A stretch of DNA of 64,000 nucleotides from Selaginella moellendorffii (taxonomy: Eukaryota > Plantae > Lycopodiophyta): NCBI RefSeq assembly GCF_000143415.4, contig NW_003314261.1:3340880-3404879 (forward strand), read 5' to 3'. Of the stretch, positions 25,424 to 37,687 are shown in pieces; position 1 is the first letter of the stretch, and the number at the start of each line of letters is the position of its first letter. The notes beneath the pieces are model-generated. The model was not told where the DNA came from and made no database searches. It was given only the letters and a program-made list of their open reading frames with translations. The position numbers were made by a program, and so were the translations under genes.

Positions 25424-26782
25424 ATGGCGTGGGCGCACGAGGCCATGAGCCTGGAGGAGCTGATCCAGGTAGCGTCCGCGTTTCTCGATATTCTGGTGCT
25501 CGCGTCAGGCTACCAGTCTTCCGGTGCGCCCGTTTTTTGGCATCCTCTGGGCGTGGGCAGGGCAATGCGATGGGCGGCGCTCCTAGAGCGAGCAATGCGG
25601 GGGTTTCCAGCCACTGACCAGGGGCGCTCGTCCATGGAGATTCTCGACATGGCGCTGCTGGATCTCATGGACGCCACGCCCCATCCGCCGGGCCTGCCTC
25701 AGCTCTCATGCGGGCTACTCTCCACTGCGAGAAACGTCCTTGTAAGTTTCTTGATCCAGGCCTTTGGGATTGGCAACGGGCAGCTCGTCTCGCTCGTGGT
25801 GGCGGCCCCCGACACCGATCTCGCGGAGTTTCTCCGGGAGAGAAAGGGAGGATCCTCGGCCAGGAAGCGATCCTTCGATGAGTTTCAGGTTCCCGAGGCG
25901 ATCACTCTGGAGGTATTGTCGAGAGAGAGAGCAAAGTCGGGCTTGGATCGACTGGGTGAAGGGCTCGAGCGCGTCGAAGAGGAGATAAGTTCAAGCAGGT
26001 TGGTGAAAACGCGAGCTATTCCCATTTGGAAGGAAGATGGAACTAGTGATCACCCAGACACCAGTAGAGGAAGCTCTTGCCTTTGCGAGAGATGGTGCCA
26101 GGAAGCCATCTCCTACTGGACGTCGGCCAAGACGATCTACAAACTCACGGGAGCCATGACGATCTTCGACGCTGAGATGGAGCTGTGGATCCCGGTTTTG
26201 GATTCTTTGCACAGAAAGCCAGTGACTTCCGCGACGCAGGGTGACGAAGTTGTGGAGGTTGCCGAGCTCTGCTTGCTCTATCTTGCCTCTACTGCATGGA
26301 AGCTCGTTCTCCGCAAGCTCCTGGCTTCGCTCGTCCCTTCTTCTTCGCAAGCTTCTGAAGGAGGAGCGGTGAGCTTTCGAGAGATTCCACAGCAAAAGCG
26401 GGAAGAAGTGGAAAACTATTTCCTTGGATTGCTGCAAGCCAGGCGAGCAATCTGGTGGAAAGTCCCGGCCATCCTCGCGGCGGCGGCAGTGGCGATCAAG
26501 AACTCGGGCTTGTCCAGGAGCTACGTCGAGTCCATTGCGATTCACGTCCACTCCAAGGAGAGCTCCGGAATTTGCTTCTGCCATGCTTGCTGCTCAAGGC
26601 AGCAGTGCGAGCGATGCCAGGATCTAGTCCACGAGCGAACCTGGTGCGTTTTGCTGCTCAACCAGATGGAAGGGGAATTCCTCCAGCAGCTCAAGAGGCT
26701 CTACTTGAGAACTTGCGACTACGAAAACATTCGTCCTGGAGGTACCATAGTTTGGTCCGAGCATTCTTTCTTTCGAGTTTAA
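25424..26782 (+). CDS. Fanconi anemia group F (FANCF)-like protein, intronless, 452 aa
   Basis: The N-terminus MAWAH..SLEELI....FLDILVLASGYQSSG....W......A.RWA..LE matches my recollection of plant FANCF orthologues. C-terminal C..C...C..C....ERTWC motif. Confidence 0.75.
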   Translation: MAWAHEAMSLEELIQVASAFLDILVLASGYQSSGAPVFWHPLGVGRAMRWAALLERAMRGFPATDQGRSSMEILDMALLDLMDATPHPPGLPQLSCGLLSTARNVLVSFLIQAFGIGNGQLVSLVVAAPDTDLAEFLRERKGGSSARKRSFDEFQVPEAITLEVLSRERAKSGLDRLGEGLERVEEEISSSRLVKTRAIPIWKEDGTSDHPDTSRGSSCLCERWCQEAISYWTSAKTIYKLTGAMTIFDAEMELWIPVLDSLHRKPVTSATQGDEVVEVAELCLLYLASTAWKLVLRKLLASLVPSSSQASEGGAVSFREIPQQKREEVENYFLGLLQARRAIWWKVPAILAAAAVAIKNSGLSRSYVESIAIHVHSKESSGICFCHACCSRQQCERCQDLVHERTWCVLLLNQMEGEFLQQLKRLYLRTCDYENIRPGGTIVWSEHSFFRV

Positions 26783-29169
26783 GCGGCAAGCCACACGATC
26801 GAGCACATACAGTAAGTGTTTGTTTTTCAATCGCTAGAGCTCATGAAGTTCTTAGAACTGCAGGTAACACTCGCCGATCTAAATACCAAGCCAGGATCGA
26901 GCAAAGTTCGGAAGAAAACGCCTCAAAATACATTTGAGATTTGCAGCCACTGCGTTTTGACATTTCCGTTTTCTCCAGCTCGGGAAAAATGTTCATACTG
27001 AGTGTTCCAAGTGATCTTCGCCCCTGGAGTCGAAAATTGCCAGGAAATCCTTGTCGAAATCGACAACCTTTCAATACCTTCGTAGGATAAAACTTGCACA
27101 AGCTCGGCGTCGCCAAATCCAACCAGCTTCAAGTTTGTTCTCCCGTCATCCACTCCGACGATCTTGCATTGACTTGCTGGGATTCCCCGCGGAGTGCAGA
27201 GGCAACACTTCGGTGTCGCTCAGATCTTCAAGCTTGAATCCCTCGGTCGTCACCGCCTGGCCAACGATCTTGTCAGCGTTCTCGAGCTTGCACCCCCATA
27301 GTCGAACTTGTTCTCATGGACTCCAGGATTTGCTCTAGAGATCTGGACGAAGCACCATGCATTGACTCAAACCGGCGTCCATGACGAGAAACAACCTTAG
27401 CTCTGGAGCTTGGTCGGGGAGATGCTCAAACCAGGAATCCATTCCTGAATCCCGCAATTGAAGAGAAATTCCGTTTCCTCGATTCGGGTGGCATTTCGAG
27501 GCTCTCACGCGATCCCGTGCTCGTCATCTTGGTCGATTTCCACACTTGGTGCTGGACAGGCTCGTCAACTACAAGGAGCTCACCGGAGCTCGGTATGGAG
27601 TGGTGGCCAATCTCGCTTCCTCCTGGCTGTGCAAGAGGGCCGCTCCAGCTTTCCTCCTCCTCTCGCGGTCCCTGGACAATCCCCTCCTGGCGTTTGGCTT
27701 TGCGATCGACCGGGCTCGCAGTGATCGTAGCAATCGAGCAAGCTCTTTTTCTCCTTGACGGCCTGTGGAACCTTGGGGAACCTCGTCTGCATGCGGCCTT
27801 GAGGTTGACGTGAGGGAACTGCTCTCTAAAAAAGCAGATAATTATGTTTAAAATATTATTATTTTAATTAACTATACAATTGAAGTTGAAAGAAGGTTCT
27901 TTGTCATTCTTTCTCAAGCTACTTGGCCCGTGAATCTCCTAGTGCAGTTCCATTGGAAAGACATACTTAAACAAGCCAACAAACCGTTGGAACGGATTAG
28001 AACGATTGCAGATTTTTTGCTATATAAGTTTGCTCAGATACGATTTAGAGTGGTATCGTGGCCCGTTTACGTTAAACCTGAGAAAAAAATCCTCCGCTAT
28101 TAGAGATCGTAGAGGAGCATCAATCAAGGCCTACTTGGTCTCATTGTTTATGAAGATTAGCTTGTTCGATACATACTCCACCATTTTTCGACTTCCTCAG
28201 CACAAGTGCAAGTAATCTGAAAGAAAGAACTCATTTGAGCTCTCACAAGACGTGGAAAAAAGCCTTGGAGATGGGTTTAGTGTTGTTGAAATATAATTAA
28301 TCATTGAGATTGTCACACACAAACTTAGCATATTACCAACATTGAAATCACAGCAATCAATAAATTCTATCAAGAGAATCTCTAAATTGTTTAAAAGAGT
28401 TCTAAATAATTTTCTGGTTTTTTACTAGTAGCACCATTCATGTTTAGTATTATTTATTAGTCCAATTGATCAATATGTGATTTAATTAAAAAATTTAAAA
28501 TTGTTTCTAGAAGAGTATGACTAGAGCTTTATATCAAATTTTTCTTCTAGAAAAAAATTACTTAAGAAAATGCAGGAAGTACATTATGAAGTATAATATA
28601 ATGTCACTAGTAATAATTAAAAAAATGGCCATTTGTGGCTTGCTTTTATGCGCAGAAATTCCCACTCGTTTATTATTTGTGTGACTAGCAAACTAAAAAT
28701 AAACTAAAACGATATAAAATATAGCTCTTGAAAGCTTATTTTACGGGACAGCAAGATATAAACATAAGGACAAGTATTTGATAATTTAAATACGTAGAAA
28801 AAACCGGGCCTTCATGACCATTCCATTCTATTTGTAAATATTTTATTTGAAATGATCCACCATTTTCAACAGTAATTAAATAATCGGATAAGGAATTTCC
28901 TTATATGGAATATTTAAAGTGCACAAAGGAACATTTACGAATTGCTTATAGCCATACTCGAGGTAATTAATAGTGTGGGCAAGCAAGGACATCAGCCAAG
29001 GAAAGATAGTCCTTGAGGCGGGAGCTGGTGACTAAGCAGCGGGAGACTTCTTTTAAAAGCAGCTTTCTTCTCCTAGCATTCCACTGGGCAATTTCTAGTA
29101 ATATTGAGTGCCATTGCAATCTCCAACAAAATTTATTTATTTATTATGTAATTTATGATCACAAGTTCT

Positions 29170-31096
29170 TTAGTTGCCGGTGAAACCACGACTCTGGAAT
29201 GGCACGCATGAAACAAGAGGAGCATCCATCGCTGTAGCCAGTCCATCGATTCCACCTGCAATTCCATCCGATAAGTCCTTGAAAGCTTTGTGTCCGAGCT
29301 TCATCACGTCCTCCACTAGCATGAGCACCAATTCCTTGGTGACATGCTCCATCGCAAAGACGTGTGAATAGAGGCGTTGCACACCATTGACAACTAGCGT
29401 CTCGTTGGAGAGGCTGTACTTGAGCACCAGGTCATGGTTGAGCTGCCGGAAACGAACAGTGAGCGAGAGTGGAGATCGTGCAACCCAGAGATCGAGCTTG
29501 AGTTTCTTCCCCAGCTCCGTCATGGTTTTGTAGATGAATCGTGCCATCCCCTGGCACTTCACGGCCTTGTCAATCTGCTGCTTGAGTGTATGCTTGGAGA
29601 TGTAGCTCCAGTAGAAGACCGCCGAAAGGCCATTCCTGGAGCCAGCAAAGGTGGTGTCTGGAGTGAGTGTAGATCGGATTGCTCGGTGGGTTGATTTGGT
29701 ACCTGGAAGAGCCACAACTTTCGTCAACGTTTTTCATCAGGTGGCGTAAGAACATCACCTTCTCTTGGACATGAAAAGTCCGCATGGAATTGGCGCACCC
29801 ATCCACTTGTGCCCGCTCATTGAGATGGAATGCACAGCGTCCAGGCTGAAATCAAACTCGGGCGCGACTTCCACAGCGTCACCATCCTCAAACTTGCAGC
29901 CCTCTTCCGCGGCCAGCTTCAGATATGGAATGTAAGCAGCACCGAGTGCGCCATCGACGTGGACCCAAAATCCCGTCCGTACACTCTCCTTGCCGCCGGC
30001 GTCGATGACCCGCTTGTCGTGGCCGTAGAACTGGAAGATGGGCATGAGCGCGGCCATGGCCTTAACGACGCTATCATAGGCCCCCTTGAAGGTGGTGCCA
30101 TAGTTGAGGTTAACGAAGATGGGGTGGCCCCTCCGTGCAAAGAAGAGCACTAGCTCCGCGAGAGACTGGGTGTGGATGGTTCCATCCTCGAGGCCCTCCT
30201 CGTACGAGGGGACCTCGTCCGGCCACTTCCCATCTTGGGCGATCGGGCACATCCCGGGGTACTTCTCCTCGCCCACCACTCCGAAAGTGGGGATGCCGAT
30301 GAGCCGGGTCGCCTTTGCGAACGAGTAGTGCGTGTCCTCCGAATAGAACGCAACCGGCGAGAAGTAGTTCTCACAAAACTCGTCGGAGCATTCTGGGAAT
30401 GGAGCTGCGCTCCTTGCCTGGCTTGGGGCGGGCTTGGCATTTGGAGGCACGGCTGCTTGGCGATAGACAAGCCGCGGAGCCGCCGCCTTCTTTGTGTCTC
30501 CGCCGGATTCCATGAGGAGGATTTTGCCACCGAGGTAGTCTCGGGCATTCCACAGTGCGTACATGTTGCCTTCGGTGGATCCCATGGTGAGGAGGAATCC
30601 CCAGTAGCTGTTCCCTTCCTCGTCACCCAGGAGGGCCGATTTATGAGGCCAGTTCGCGTTCCACAGCGACGCGTAGTAGTCGAGCACGGCGCGCTCCATG
30701 AACTTGGTGTTGGTGGTGCAAGTACCCTCCACAAATGGGTCCCCAATGTTGTTCACCTGGGATCATAGTAACCACAGATAACAATGACCATGATTATCTA
30801 CTTACATGCACGTTGAGGAAGTCATTCAGTTCGTCGAAGCTCATCTTCTGGTTGGCCTGGAAGCCCATGAAGTGGGACTGCTGCTGCTTGAGATAGTCGA
30901 GCGACTTGTTAAGGGCCTCCTTGCGGGCTTGCAGACGGTTGGACGGATGCTCTTGGAGCTTGCTGTCCCTCAAGCTCGACGCAAGATCAAAGTTGACACC
31001 CTCGAGAGCTTTGGGAAGTGGAGGATAGACATAATCGTCAGTGGTGGGAGGGGAAACGCGCTGCGCGGGAGATAGATCACTCATGGAACTCGCCAT
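29170..31096 (-). CDS. PLP-dependent group II amino-acid decarboxylase (histidine/serine decarboxylase-like); exons 31096-30806, 30756-29759, 29702-29170; apparent frameshift near 29662
   Basis: FMGFQANQ, VNNIGDPF, MGSTEGNMYALWNAR, FYSEDTHYS, NYGTTFKGAYD, WVHVDGALG, PLP-lysine motif SISMSGHKW, PDTTFAGSRNG. GT-AG introns of 49 and 56 nt. Confidence 0.9.
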
Positions 31097-31449
31097 ATTG
31101 ATGGAAGGATTGATCAAGAACCCGATGCTAAGAGAGAAAAAGGACTAGTGTGTGCTGAGCAATGGAAACTGTTTATATGCAAGATCAACCACGAGAAAAG
31201 CGTGGAGCAAAGTTCTAGCTTGAAGGGTCAAGTGTCCCTTTCAAGAAATCAGATAAGTAAAGGATTGGGACCATAAAATTCATTCTTTGATGCCAGCGAT
31301 GGAAGAATACAAAATCGTAAGGTGTCACCGTATATATTCAAATTGGTATTTTATGATGGTGCAAGGATTACTACAAAGTTGCATTGAAAAATAGCGTTGC
31401 ACAGAAAATGCAATCTTATTATAATGTTGCAAAATATTGTTTATGTTAT

Positions 31450-31770
31450 AGAGGAGGAATCCCCAGTAGCTGTTCCCTTCCTCGTCACCCAGGAGGTCCC
31501 ATTTGTGAGTTCGTGTTCCACAACGGTGCGTAGTCTCCACAAATGCATAGTGACCACAGCCAATCAATATCCAGCCAATCATACGATATACTTCCATGCA
31601 CGTCGAGGAAGTCCTGCAATTCGTCAAAGGTCATCTTCTGGTTGGCCATGAAGTGGGACTGCTGCTGCTTGAGATAGGATCATGCAACTCGCCATGTTGA
31701 TGGATGGATCGAGAGGAGCCGAATGCTAAGAACGGGAAAGAACTTGTGCTGAGCATGGTTATGGAAACTC
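31450..31770 (-). pseudogene. Collapsed, internally deleted duplicate of the decarboxylase 5' part
   Basis: GAGGAGGAATCCCCAGTAGCTGTTCCCTTCCTCGTCACCCAGGAGG is repeated from near 30590. TCATCTTCTGGTTGGCC...CATGAAGTGGGACTGCTGCTGCTTGAGATAG is repeated from about 30841-30897. AACTCGCCAT is repeated from the start-codon region. Confidence 0.85.
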
Positions 31771-33085
31771 GGGGACGTTTATATCCAAGAGTAGTACAGT
31801 ACGGGACCAAGCACAAAATAAAAGCTTTGTTTTCAAATGTCTTGCTCAACCCACATGTATAATTGTAACCGTATAGAATGGCAAGTTCACTGCGGCATTT
31901 TCATCTATGTAATGGAATAGATGGAATAGAGAGGTACGGTCATTTTCTTACCTCTCTATCACAGCGTGCTTTTGTTTTGGCGATGCAGGAGATTTGAGAA
32001 ACGCTTGGCATTCAGCTTTATCTTTTATGGCTTTCAGAATCTGTGTCATTTCAAGTAATGAGAAGCTTTTGTAGTATTACTGACTTCAGTCCTACACAAG
32101 GAACTATACATGGTTAAGGATATACACGTAACCATTATTAAACCTGGGAGAAAGTGAACAAAATCTGTAGCAAAATGCATCCTAGTGGACATTTTCCCTC
32201 CTGCCTCCCCATCCAGTATCCTTCTAAGTGAAGCAAGCGCACATCAGCAGAGGTTAGATTTCGGACCGATGACAATAGCAACCAATCGGCTTATCTACAA
32301 ATTAAAAGCTAAAAATGTTGAAAGTTCCATCATGTTGGCCGGTACTCATACGGCTACATACTCCCAGCAAGCTCACAATGAGACATTCTTTATTTAAAAT
32401 CCTTTCCTAACTCGTCCAAGAAGTGGAGATGGCGCGGTGGGAACCCTTTTCCTCCACGTCCTAGCGACAGTGTCCACGTCTCTCTGAGGGAATCGCGTTG
32501 CTACGCAGGGCTATGTTGGTAACCTTGTTAGATTTTAAAGAAGCATTAGACTTGTTTTGTTGTCCAGATAAAGACTTTAACTCTAAGTGTGTGTGTGTGT
32601 ACGCAAAATCACATCTATTTGAAGCGGCTAGCAACACAACAAGCTTCACCTCGCTGGGTCCTAGGGCTTGTAGCTCCGAAAAGAGAACGATTAAATTATA
32701 ACATGCTACCTAAATACTTATTGGTTTGCTTAAACAAACCTATACTAGGATGGTAGTGAATATACCTAGAATATGCTTAGATATTTTAGGATATTCTACC
32801 ATCTAACGGTTGGTATTCATTTAGATTAATTTGGTATTTATAATTTATAAACATGTTTATAATTTATAAACTTTCCTAAACCCTTTCTAGTATATTCTTT
32901 TTTATTCTATCATCTTGTGTTTATAAATTACAAACATGCTTATAATTATAAACTTTATTTTATCAATTAAATTAATAAGTAATAATAAAACTACCATTAA
33001 GCCAACCAAGCATTGCTATAGCAATTTATTTTAGACCTCGGATGACCCTTGCTGTAAAACTCGCTGCTGAAGATAGAAATCTCAA

Positions 33086-33915
33086 TTATTTTGGCTTGCC
33101 AACCAGAAGATGGACAGGCCAAGTCACCGTTTTCACCACCATAGGATCACCGGCCCAGCTCTTCTCAAATGCCGGCCGAAACTCCTCCAATATGGCCACC
33201 CCCTTGTCATGGCGGTCTGTACGGCGGACCACGACCGGAAGTAGGCCAAGAGCTGGCCCAAATTGAGCCGCTTGATCGACTCGAACCGTAACGGCCCCGT
33301 ACTAGCCTGGCCCGCGACCGGCTCAAACGGGAAGTCGATTGTACGGTAGCCGTTGTCCACGAGCTGCCGCTGTGGCGCCCAGTAGGGCGACGTGGCCGCG
33401 TAGAACTCGGTGAGGACGGCGTCCACGTCTGCGTCCACGTGGCAGAGCTGGTAGCACCACGCGGCCAGCACGCCCGGGCGGTCGCCGCCACGGCGGAGCA
33501 TCGCGCCGACGTGGCCGTAGAAGGCGTCCAGGTCGAACCAGTGGAGGGCCTGCGCGACGGTGACGAGGTCGAGCGAGTGGTCGGGGCCGATCACCGAGTG
33601 GAGCTCGTCGCGGGTGATCGATTTGGAAGTCACGGCGTATTTGATGTTTGGGCGCTGCGGGGCTTGCTGGAGCTGCTGGGAGCTCACGTCCGTCGCGATC
33701 ACTCGATCGAAGATCTCTGCGAGCTAAGAAACCCCCAAAAATTCTAGACAAACCCCGGCTTGGCTTACCTTGATCGCAGCTTGCCCATTTCCAGTGCCCA
33801 CGTCCCACACGCATCCATGGTGCGTAACCGACGCCAGGAATTCGAAGAGGGAATCCGGATAATCGGGGCGCGCAGCCGCGTAGATCTCCGCCTGGGTATC
33901 AAACAGCCCCGCCAT
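33086..33915 (-). CDS. Class I SAM-dependent methyltransferase (Methyltransf_11, embryo-abundant/trans-aconitate-MT-like); one intron; apparent -1 frameshift near 33209
   Basis: [62 protein letters not shown]. The family-type tail [10 protein letters not shown]...[15 protein letters not shown] lies in the shifted frame. Confidence 0.9.
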
Positions 33916-34051
33916 GAAGAGCCCTAAAAACTGTAGCGACTTTGACAAGATAGCGCGGATATTCGCAAATTCAAAATGTACCGGGAAAAGTTACATTACT
34001 TTTCGTTTTCTCTTTGTTCTTCGTTTTTTTCGGTGTTCCCGTTCTTGCTAC

Positions 34052-36601
34052 TTACGGATTGAGCACGGTTCCATTGGGAAGAACCCGCCTTCTAGTCGAT
34101 CCTCCTCCTCTCGCCGATGCCGGGCTCGTCCACAAGAATCCATCCCAGTCGGTCGAATGCCAAGTGTTCGTGACGATCAAGTCCGCGCAATCGCCTCCAC
34201 TCGCATTGCTCCCACCGTTTCCATTCCCTCCTTTGTCCCTGAGATGATCCATGGATGGTGGCTTTTGGAGTAGCAGGAGCTCGGCGTCGTGGCGGAAGGA
34301 CATGCTCGAGGGGACGTTTACGAGCAAGTCCTGCTCGCCACCGCTGTCGTGGCCCTCCTCCATGAGGTTGTTCTTCACGGGTTTTCGCGCTGGAATCGCC
34401 GTGGACTCGGGCAGGAAAGAGGAAGTCGTAGCTCGCCGGGGGCCGGATGATTCCTGGCTTGGTTTCGAGCTGCTTGAAGAGACCCCGTGGTTAAGCTCGT
34501 GTTGCTTGTGAGTTCCATGGAGTTTTGAGTCGTCCGTCCCTTCAGAGAGAAAGAAAGAAAAAAAAGAGATGGTTTTGAGTCCTCGAGAGAAACCTTTTCT
34601 TACTCTCGATCGCGAGCAGCGACGCATTTCCTGCGCAGGGAGGCTTGAGAAGCTTGTGCTCTTTGCCACACGGTGGCTGCTGTAACGTAAATAGGAGAGA
34701 GATGAAAAAAGGAAACGCGACAGTTTGGTTTCACCTCAGCCCGGCGCTTGGAAGTTCGAGCTTGATTTTGAAGCTGAGACAAGCTTTCGGCCCATCCGGA
34801 CGCTGGCAAGTCCGTGACCGATAGAAGTTGCTGGTAGTGCTGCAAAACGCGAGGACTGGATCCAGCCTCGGGCGAGTCGAACATTCCTTCGGAAAGAAGC
34901 CGCTGAAAGTTGGACACTGCCCTCTCGAACTGGGAGCTGCTAAACATGCTGCTCAAGCTGCACGAGAGCACTCTCCACTTAGTTTTCTTTCTCAGATACT
35001 AAGAAAGAAAGGAGAAAGCTTTTACCTTTGTGGACAATGCGAGATGTCCACCGAGGAGAGGAACTTTAGAAGCTGGAGTTGCTCTTGATCCGTCAATAGC
35101 TCGGTAAACGTATCATCATTAATCACATCCTGTTCAATCGTGTCGAAAGAACAGGTTACAGGAAATCCTTTTAAGAGAATAGAGAAAGCTTGCCTTGAGT
35201 TCCAGGAAGTTTAGTGGAGACTGCTTGCTTTGCAGCACATTTCTCTTGTTGTAGGGGAAACTTTCTCTGGAAGACAAGAAGCTTCAAATCATTCCAAAGC
35301 TTCATAGAGAAATCTAGACTAGAAAGAGAAAATAAAGAGATACTTACAAGAGCGTTCTACTGGGATTGTAATGAGTCTCGGGTCTTTGGTAGCCGATGGC
35401 GAGCTTCTCCTTTCCTCTCAACGGGGCCGAATTGTAGAGCCCGGTACTTTGACTAGGAACCTCACCGAGTTCGTGTGCTCCTCCTCCTCCTCCTCCTCTA
35501 GTGCCACTATCGATGAGCAACGAGCTCGCCTCGGACTCGTGCTCCTGCTGCTGGGCGATTTGCTGCGCAGGCTGCCGGATAAAAACACTTCCAAGCCCAA
35601 TCTCCACCGCTACCAGCGGTGACTTTGTCTCGAACAAAACAACGGCGTCACCATTCTCGGGGCACGTCACCGACGACACCTCTTGCTCCTCGAGCGAGAC
35701 GAGGTTCCTGGCGATTTTGTCCGAGGAGGCCCGGGATCGGAACATGTTTGTGCGCCTGCGAGATGGAACTGGAGTGTCCCAAGGCGTTCCACGCACTGCA
35801 TGGACGAAATTCACGAGTTCAGCCGAAGAGAAAACGGTGAAAAACGGTGAAAACCAGTTACCAGGAGCAACGGCCGATCTGTAGAAGGGACCATCGAACG
35901 TCGAAACCTCAGAGCCGAGGCTCGATCGCGTGCTGGCATCGTCCTCCGCGCTGGTGGAGAAATACGTGCTGGTTTTCGAGAGAGCGCTCTCCGAGTTTCC
36001 ATCCGATGGTTCCTTTCTCTTGCGCGAGATGATCGTCTTCTCTGGAGCGGTCCGGTTAGAGTTCCATCTCGCTTTGTCACTCCCAACTCCAAATCCGCCC
36101 GAGTGCATTGGCATGTAGTTGATGAGCGTGCCTTTAGTCCGCCACCTCGAGCCACAGGCATTGCACAAAACTGGCTTCTCCGGGGGGCCATTCCGCCACA
36201 GTGGAGTTGCTGGAAAGATGGCAAAAACAAAAACACGAAGCAGCACACGAGTAAGTTATAGATCAAAGGGAGCAAACTTTGGAGAGGTTTTTCCACAAGA
36301 CTTTGTTTCTTCGCTGGCATTTTTGGCAATTACAACCGAGTTTGATTCGATTATGAGACCAGGATACACAGAGAGATAAAAACCATGTCATATATCTTTG
36401 CCTTCGAGCTGTTTCGTATCAATCATCGCGGTGATACAAACAAGCAGCAAAAGCACAACGTTCATTACAACGAAGGAAACACGTCAAAGTTTGCAAGCAA
36501 GCCAAACAAAGAGTATACAAAGGCAAACCTTGTAGCTTAATGGTGATGGATGAGAACTTACTGGTAATTCCACAGTGGTAGCAAGGGCCCTGCTTCCCCA
36601 T
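34052..36601 (-). CDS. GATA transcription factor, GATA26/27 class with ASXH/DEUBAD-like domain; multi-exon, including a GC-AG intron at 35193-35130
   Basis: MGKQGPCYHCGIT|TPLWRNGPPEKPVLCNACGSRWRTKGTLINYMP, WDTPVPSRRRT, VEIGLGSVFI, FTELLTDQEQLQLLKFL, MFSSSQFERAVSNFQRLLSEGMFD, DLLVNVPSSMSFRHDAELL. Confidence 0.93.
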
Positions 36602-37687
36602 TCCTCTACTGCTGTGGAGGAGCAGCTCCAAGGGGATTAAACACCTCCCATGCAAAGAACCAACCAAGTGAAGAGGCAGAACAAAGAAAAAAAAAAGAAT
36701 CACGAAGGAAAGAGGAACAACAGTATGGATAAATAATTCTCTCTCGCGCGGACAAGCAAGCAAGGCCGTGACGGAGAGACCTAAGGAGGAACTACTCAGG
36801 CAATTGACAAAAAGGGCAAGGAAAAAAAATCTTTTTTTTTGCTGCTGCTGCGTTCTTCTTCTTCTTTCGCTAAAAAGCTCTGAGACAGTAGAGGAGTTAC
36901 TTAGCTCTCTCTCCCTGGAGAGCTCTCAAGCTCTTGGTTGCCCTAAGAGCTATTCACCTCACGACCCAGACGAAGAGTAGAGGAAAAAAAAAAAAAAAAC
37001 AAAGGGGACAAAACCAAGGAAAAGGATAGAACTAGGCGAGATGGAGCTTGTTGGAAAGGCGACCTGATGGGCGAGGAAGAAGAGCCCATTGAGCGTCGCC
37101 ACCGTCGCCCCCAACAGGGCACGAACAGGGGAGCAGATAGGGCAGTGGCGAGTGTGCGTTTTTGTGTGGTTTGAGCTCACAATTGTGTTGTCACTTTTTT
37201 TAGGGTTTTGGTGGGGGTGGGGGCGACCACATTTTATATTTCCTTCCTTTTCCGCGCGGAAAAATTCCCCGCCGTTGGATGCGCTCGTAGATGCTTTTGG
37301 CATCTTGACGGATTCGTTTCCTGGCCGGGTGAAAGATTTCGCCGTGGGTAAATGGTGATCTGGGCCAATCGTCGCGCGTGACAGCAAGCAGTCGTCGATG
37401 GGCACGTGAGGGCGGGGATCCGACGGTCGGGAACCGGATAAGGTCTCTCTACAGGGCTGAATATTCTCTCCGTACGATAGCGATATCTGGCGGGCTGACG
37501 TGGCCGGCGGATGGACGCCACGGCGATGGCGGGTAACTGGGTGGACGGCTGCGATCGCAAGATGCTTGGGGGGACATGGTAGGGGTTTAGAGAGAGAGCT
37601 TGTTTGTTTCCTCTTCTTTTTCTTCTTCTTCTTCTTGAGAGGGTTTATAGCGTCTTCTCTCTCTCGATCGCTCGTCTTTGATCCACC

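Noticed and set aside
26800-27813. Coding-like GC-rich stretch after the FANCF-like gene
   Set aside because: Broken frames with no motif I can name; probably a decayed gene, so no feature was called.
32690-33030. AT-rich stretch with repeated TTTATAAAC/TATAATT as a possible MITE or Helitron
   Set aside because: No terminal inverted repeats, TSD or Helitron ends could be delimited.
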